A stretch of DNA of 64,000 bases from the human T2T-CHM13v2.0 reference genome, Homo sapiens, in assembly GCF_009914755.1 (NCBI RefSeq), contig NC_060925.1; one strand, given 5' to 3'. The translations under genes and the position numbers were made by a program. This document shows positions 58,001-64,000 of the stretch, one piece after another (positions within the stretch are counted from its first letter, which is position 1; every line of letters begins with the position of its first letter). The notes under the pieces were generated by a model. That model was not told the origin of the DNA and searched no databases. It saw only the letters and a program-made list of their open reading frames with translations.

Positions 58001-61000
58001 GGAAACACCATCGAATTGAAACGAATGGAATTATCATGAAATTGAAATGGATGGACTCATCATCGAATGGATTCGAATGGAATCATCGAATAAAATTGAT
58101 TGAAATCATCATCGAATGGAATCGAATGGTATCATTGAATGGAATCGAATGGAATCATCATCAGATGGAAATGAATGGAATCGTCATAGAATGGAATCGA
58201 ATGGATTCATTGAATGGAATCAGATGGAATCATCGAATGGACTGGAATGGAATCATTGAATGGACTCGAAAGGGATCATGATTGAATGGAATTGAATGGA
58301 ATCATCGAATGGTCTCGATTGGAATCATTATCAAATGGAATCGAATGGAATCACCGAATAGAATCGAATGGAACAATCATCGAATGGACTCAAATGGAAT
58401 TATCCTCAAATGGAATCGAATGGAATTATCGAATGCAATCGAATGGAATTATCGAATGCAATCGAATAGAATCATCGAATGGACTCGAATGGAATCATCG
58501 AATGGAATGGAATGGAACAGTCAGTGAACTCGAATGGAATCATCATTGAATGGAATCGAATGGAATCATCGAGTGGAATCGAATGGAATTATGATCAAAT
58601 GCAATCGAAAGTAATCCTCATCAAATGGAATCAAAAATAACCATCATCAATTGGTATTGAATGGAATTGTCATCAAATGGAATTCAAAGGAATCATCATC
58701 AAATGGAACCGAATGGAATCCTCATTGAATGGAAATGAAAGGGGTCATCATCTAATGGAATCGCATGGAATCATCATCAAATGGAATCGAATGGAATCAT
58801 CATCAAATGGAATCTAATGGAATCATTGAACAGAATTGAATGGAATCGTCATCGAATGAATTGAATGCAATCATCGAATGGTCTCGAATGGAATCATCTT
58901 CTAATGGAAAGGAATGGAATCATCGCATAGAATCGAATGGAATTATCATCGAATGGAATCGAATGGTATCAACACCAAACGGAAAAAAACGGAATTATCG
59001 AGTGGAATCGAAGAGAATCTTCGAACGGACCCGAATGGAATCATCTAATGGAATGGAATGGAATAATCCATGGACTCGAATGCAATCAAAATCGAATGGA
59101 ATCGAATGGAATCATCGAATGGACTCGAATGGAATAATCATTGAACGGAATCGAATGGAATCATCATCGGATGGAAACGAATGGAATCATCATCGAATGG
59201 AAATGAAAGGAGTCATCATCTAATGGAATTGCATGGAATCATCATAAAATGGAATCGAATGGAATCAACATCAAATGGAATCAAATGGAATCATTGAACG
59301 GAATTGAATGGAATCGTCATCGAATGAATTGACTGCAATCATCCAATGGTCTCGAATGGAATCATCTTCAAATGGAATGGAATGGAATCATCGCATAGAA
59401 TCGAATGGAATTATCATCGAATGGAATCGAATGGAATCAACATCAAACGGAAAAAACGGAATTATCGAATGGAATCGAAGAGAATCATCGAATGGACCCG
59501 AATGGAATCATCTAATGGAATGGAATGGAATAATCCATGGACTCGAATGCAATCATCATCGAATGGAATCGAATGGAATCATCGAATGGACTCGAATGGA
59601 ATAATCATTGAACGGAATCGAATGGAATCATCATCGGATGGAAATGAATGGAATCATCATCGAATGGAATCGAATAGAATTATGGAATGAAATCCAGTGT
59701 GATCATCATCGAATGGACCCGAATGGAATCATCATCCAACGGAAGCTAATGGAATCAACATCGAATGAATCGAATGGAAACACCATCGAATTGAAACGAA
59801 TGGAATTATCATGAAATTGAAATGGATGGACTCATCATCGAATGGATTCGAATGGAATCATCGAATAAAATTGATTGAAATCATCATCGAATGGAATCGA
59901 ATGGTATCATTGAATGGAATCGAATGGAATCATCATCAGATGGAAATGAATGGAATCGTCATAGAATGGAATCGAATGGATTCATTGAATGGAATCAGAT
60001 GGAATCATTGAATGGACTGGAATGGAATCATTGAATGGACTCGAAAGGGATCATTATTGAATGGAATTGAATGGAATCATCGAATGGTCTCGATTGGAAT
60101 CATTATCAAATGGAATCGAATGGAATCACCGAATAGAATCGAATGGAACAATCATCGAATGGACTCAAATGGAATTATCCTCAAATGGAATCGAATGGAA
60201 TTATCGAATGCAATCGAATGGAATTATCGAATGCAATCGAATAGAATCATCGAATGGACTCGAATGGAATCATCGAATGGAATGGAATGGAACAGTCAAT
60301 GAACTCGAATGGAATCATCATTGAATGGAATCGAATGGAATCATCGAGTGGAATCGAATGGAATTATGATCAAATGCAATCGAATGTAATCCTCATCAAA
60401 TGGAATCAAAAATAACCATCATCAATTGGTATTGAATGGAATTGTCATCAAATGGAATTCAAAGGAATCATCATCAAATGGAACCGAATGGAATCCTCAT
60501 TGAATGGAAATGAAAGGGGTCATCATCTAATGGAATCGCATGGAATCATCATCAAATGGAATCGAATGGAATCATCATCAAATGGAATCTAATGGAATCA
60601 TTGAACAGAATTGAATGGAATCGTCATCGAATGAATTGAATGCAATCATCGAATGGTCTCGAATGGAATCATCTTCTAATGGAAAGGAATGGAATCATTG
60701 CATAGAATCGAATGGAATTATCATCGAATGGAATCGAATGGTATCAACAGCAAACGGAAAAAAACGGAATTATCGAATGGAATCGAAGAGAATCTTCGAA
60801 CGGACCCGAATGGAATCATCTAATGGAATGGAATGGAATAATCCATGGACTCGAATGCAATCATCATCGAATGGAATCGAATGGAATCATCGAATGGACT
60901 CGAATGGAATAATCATTGAACGGAATCGAATGGAATCATCATCGGATGGAAACGAATGGAATCATCATCGAATGGAAATGAAAGGAGTCATCATCTAATG

Positions 61001-64000
61001 GAATTGCATGGAATCATCATAAAATGGAATCGAATGGAATCAACATCAAATGGAATCAAATGGAATCATTGAACGGAATTGAATGGAATCGTCATCGAAT
61101 GAATTGACTGCAATCATCCAATGGTCTCGAATGGAATCATCTTCAAATGGAATGGAATGGAATCATCGCATAGAATCGAATGGAATTATCATCGAATGGA
61201 ATCGAATGGAATCAACATCCAACGGAAAAAAACGGAATTATCGAATGGAATCGAAGAGAATCATCGAATGGACCCGAATGGAATCATCTAATGGAATGGA
61301 ATGGAATAATCCATGGACTCGAATGCAATCATCATCGAATGGAATCGAATGGAATCATCGAATGGACTCGAATGGAATAATCATTGAACGGAATCGAATG
61401 GAATCATCATCAGATGGAAATGAATGGAATCATCATCGAATGGAATCGAATAGAATTATGGAATGAAATCCAGTGTGATCATCATCGAATGGACCCGAAT
61501 GGAATCATCATCCAACGGAAGCTAATGGAATCAACATCGAATGAATCGAATGGAAACACCATCGAATTGAAACGAATGGAATTATTATGAAATTGAAATG
61601 GATGGACTCATCATCGAATGGATTCGAATGGAATCATCGAATAAAATTGATTGAAATCATCATCGAATGGAATCGAATGGTATCATTGAATGGAATCGAA
61701 TGGAATCATCATCAGATGGAAATGAATGGAATCGTCATAGAATGGAATCGAATGGATTCATTGAATGGAATCAGATGGAATCATCGAATGGACTGGAATG
61801 GAATCATTGAATGGACTCGAAAGGGATCATGATTGAATGGAATTGAATGGAATCATCGAATGGTCTCGATTGGAATCATTATCAAATGGAATCGAATGGA
61901 ATCACCGAATAGAATCGAATGGAACAATCATCGAATGGACTCAAATGGAATTATCCTCAAATGGAATCGAATGGAATTATCGAATGCAATCGAATGGAAT
62001 TATCGAATGCAATCGAATAGAATCATCGAATGGACTCGAATGGAATCATCGAATGGAATGGAATGGAACAGTCAATGAACTCGAATGGAATCATCATTGA
62101 ATGGAATCGAATGGAATCATCGAGTGGAATCGAATGGAATTATGATCAAATGGAATCGAATGTAATCATCATCAAATGGAATCAAAAATAACCATCATCA
62201 ATTGGTATTGAATGGAATTGTCATCAAATGGAATTCAAAGGAATCATCATCAAATGGAACCGAATGGAATCCTCATTGAATGGAAATGAAAGAGGTCATC
62301 ATCTAATGGAATCGCATGGAATCATCATCAAATGGAATCGAATGGAATCATCATCAAATGGAATCTAATGGAATCATTGAACAGAATTGAATGGAATCGT
62401 CATCGAATGAATTGAATGCAATCATCGAATGGTCTCGAATGGAATCATCTTCTAATGGAAAGGAATGGAATCATCGCATAGAATCGAATGGAATTATCAT
62501 CGAATGGAATCGAATGGTATCAACACCAAACGGAAAAAAACGGAATTATCGAATGGAATCGAAGAGAATCTTCGAACGGACCCGAATGGAATCATCTAAT
62601 GGAATGGAATGGAATAATCCATGGACTCGAATGCAATCAAAATCGAATGGAATCGAATGGAATCATCGAATGGACTCGAATGGAATAATCATTGAACGGA
62701 ATCGAATGGAATCATCATCGGATGGAAACGAATGGAATCATCATCGAATGGAAATGAAAGGAGTCATCATCTAATGGAATTGCATGGAATCATCATAAAA
62801 TGGAATGGAATGGAATCAACATCAAATGGAATCAAATGGAATCATTGAACGGAATTGAATGGAATCGTCATCGAATGAATTGACTGCAATCATCCAATGG
62901 TCTCGAATGGAATCATCTTCAAATGGAATGGAATGGAATCATCGCATAGAATCGAATGGAATTATCATCGAATGGAATCGAATGGAATCAACATCCAACG
63001 GAAAAAAACGGAATTATCGAATGGAATCGAAGAGAATCATCGAATGGACCCGAATGGAATCATCTAATGGAATGGAATGGAATAATCCATGGACTCGAAT
63101 GCAATCATCATCGAATGGAATCGAATGGAATCATCGAATGGACTCGAATGGAATAATCATTGAACGGAATCGAATGGAATCATCATCGGATGGAAATGAA
63201 TGGAATCATCATCGAATGGAATCGAATAGAATTATGGAATGAAATCCAGTGTGATCATCATCGAATGGACCCGAATGGAATCATCATCCAACGGAAGCTA
63301 ATGGAATCAACATCGAATGAATCGAATGGAAACACCATCGAATTGAAACGAATGGAATTATCATGAAATTGAAATGGATGGACTCATCATCGAATGGATT
63401 CGAATGGAATCATCGAATAAAATTGATTGAAATCATCATCGAATGGAATCGAATGGTATCATTGAATGGAATCGAATGGAATCATCATCAGATGGAAATG
63501 AATGGAATCGTCATAGAATGGAATCGAATGGATTCATTGAATGGAATCAGATGGAATCATCGAATGGACTGGAATGGAATCATTGAATGGACTCGAAAGG
63601 GATCATGATTGAATGGAATTGAATGGAATCATCGAATGGTCTCGATTGGAATCATTATCAAATGGAATCGAATGGAATCACCGAATAGAATCGAATGGAA
63701 CAATCATCGAATGGACTCAAATGGAATTATCCTCAAATGGAATCGAATGGAATTATCGAATGCAATCGAATGGAATTATCGAATGCAATCGAATAGAATC
63801 ATCGAATGGACTCGAATGGAATCATCGAATGGAATGGAATGGAACAGTCAGTGAACTCGAATGGAATCATCATTGAATGGAATCGAATGGAATCATCGAG
63901 TGGAATCGAATGGAATTATGATCAAATGCAATCGAATGTAATCCTCATCAAATGGAATCAAAAATAACCATCATCAATTGGTATTGAATGGAATTGTCAT

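Larger units (their letters stand above)
1..63237 (+). repeat. 36 complete copies of a ~1776-bp higher-order unit (1.77-kb chr1q12-type HSat2A2 / D1Z1)
   Basis: The landmark AATGAAATCCAGTGTGATC starts units at 1, 2245, 4021, 5771, 7547, 9301, 11077, 12853, 14583, 16359, 18113, 19889, 21665, 23395, 25171, 26924, 28700, 30430, 32206, 33982, 35758, 37066, 38843 (one mismatch), 40619, 42395, 44171, 45947, 47723, 49031, 50807, 52583, 54358, 56134, 57911, 59686, 61462 and 63238 (partial). Modal spacing is 1776. Periodicity is seen directly; the 1q12 assignment comes from the known 1.77-kb unit size. Confidence 0.9.
1..64000 (+). repeat. Human satellite 2 (HSat2/HSATII) tandem array, GAATG strand on +
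   Basis: Every line consists of GAATGGAATC / ATCATCGAATG motifs (reverse complement CATTCGATTC), dense in TCGA and GAATC, with 23- and 26-bp monomers. This is the HSat2 signature rather than the pure (GGAAT)n of HSat3. No interruption or orientation switch seen. Confidence 0.98.

Noticed and set aside
126-63876. More than 200 short + strand ORFs (MESSSNE..., MKLKWMD..., MELNGII..., up to 163 aa)
   Set aside because: They are translations of the GAATG/GGAATC repeat (NGIEW, WNRME, ESS in three frames). They overlap in all frames, recur every unit, and are freely broken by stops and frameshifts. The frequent ATG comes from GAATG itself.
1-64000. CRISPR-like array of 23-26 bp repeats
   Set aside because: There are no unique spacers, no leader and no cas genes; the sequence between monomers is the same satellite.
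1-64000. Hidden insertion (Alu, L1, viral) or inversion
   Set aside because: All unit length changes are explained by +/-468, -26, -23, -46 or +/-1 bp. No non-satellite or CATTC-on-plus segment was seen.
1-64000. Alpha-satellite/CENP-B box or telomeric function
   Set aside because: No 171-bp monomer, CENP-B box or TTAGGG tracts were seen.

Overview
The whole 64 kb window is one uninterrupted, single-orientation tandem array of human satellite 2 (HSat2/HSATII). It is built from diverged GAATG/GGAAT pentamers arranged in 23- and 26-bp monomers (consensus like GAATCATCATCGAATGGAATCGAATG) and organised into a 1776-bp higher-order unit. That unit size, with one EcoRI site per unit, matches the classical 1.77-kb chromosome 1q12 pericentromeric satellite (D1Z1/pUC1.77 type, HSat2A2); the locus call is inferred from known families, not from an alignment. 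There are 36 complete units plus a partial 37th. I see no genes, RNA genes, transposons, inversions or unique sequence, and all listed ORFs are repeat-translation artefacts. I found no new protein-coding system. The informative signal is the array's internal history. Each unit holds an internal 468-bp A/B duplication, whose unequal exchange gives reciprocal 2244-bp and 1308-bp units switching in the same 36-bp interval. There is also a near-perfect 8812-bp five-unit tandem duplication, several older block duplications (offsets 7035/15847, 11965 and 3084 bp), monomer-sized 23/26-bp deletions that assort independently, and one unusually diverged 1.1-kb patch. Variants were read by eye, so counts are minimums.
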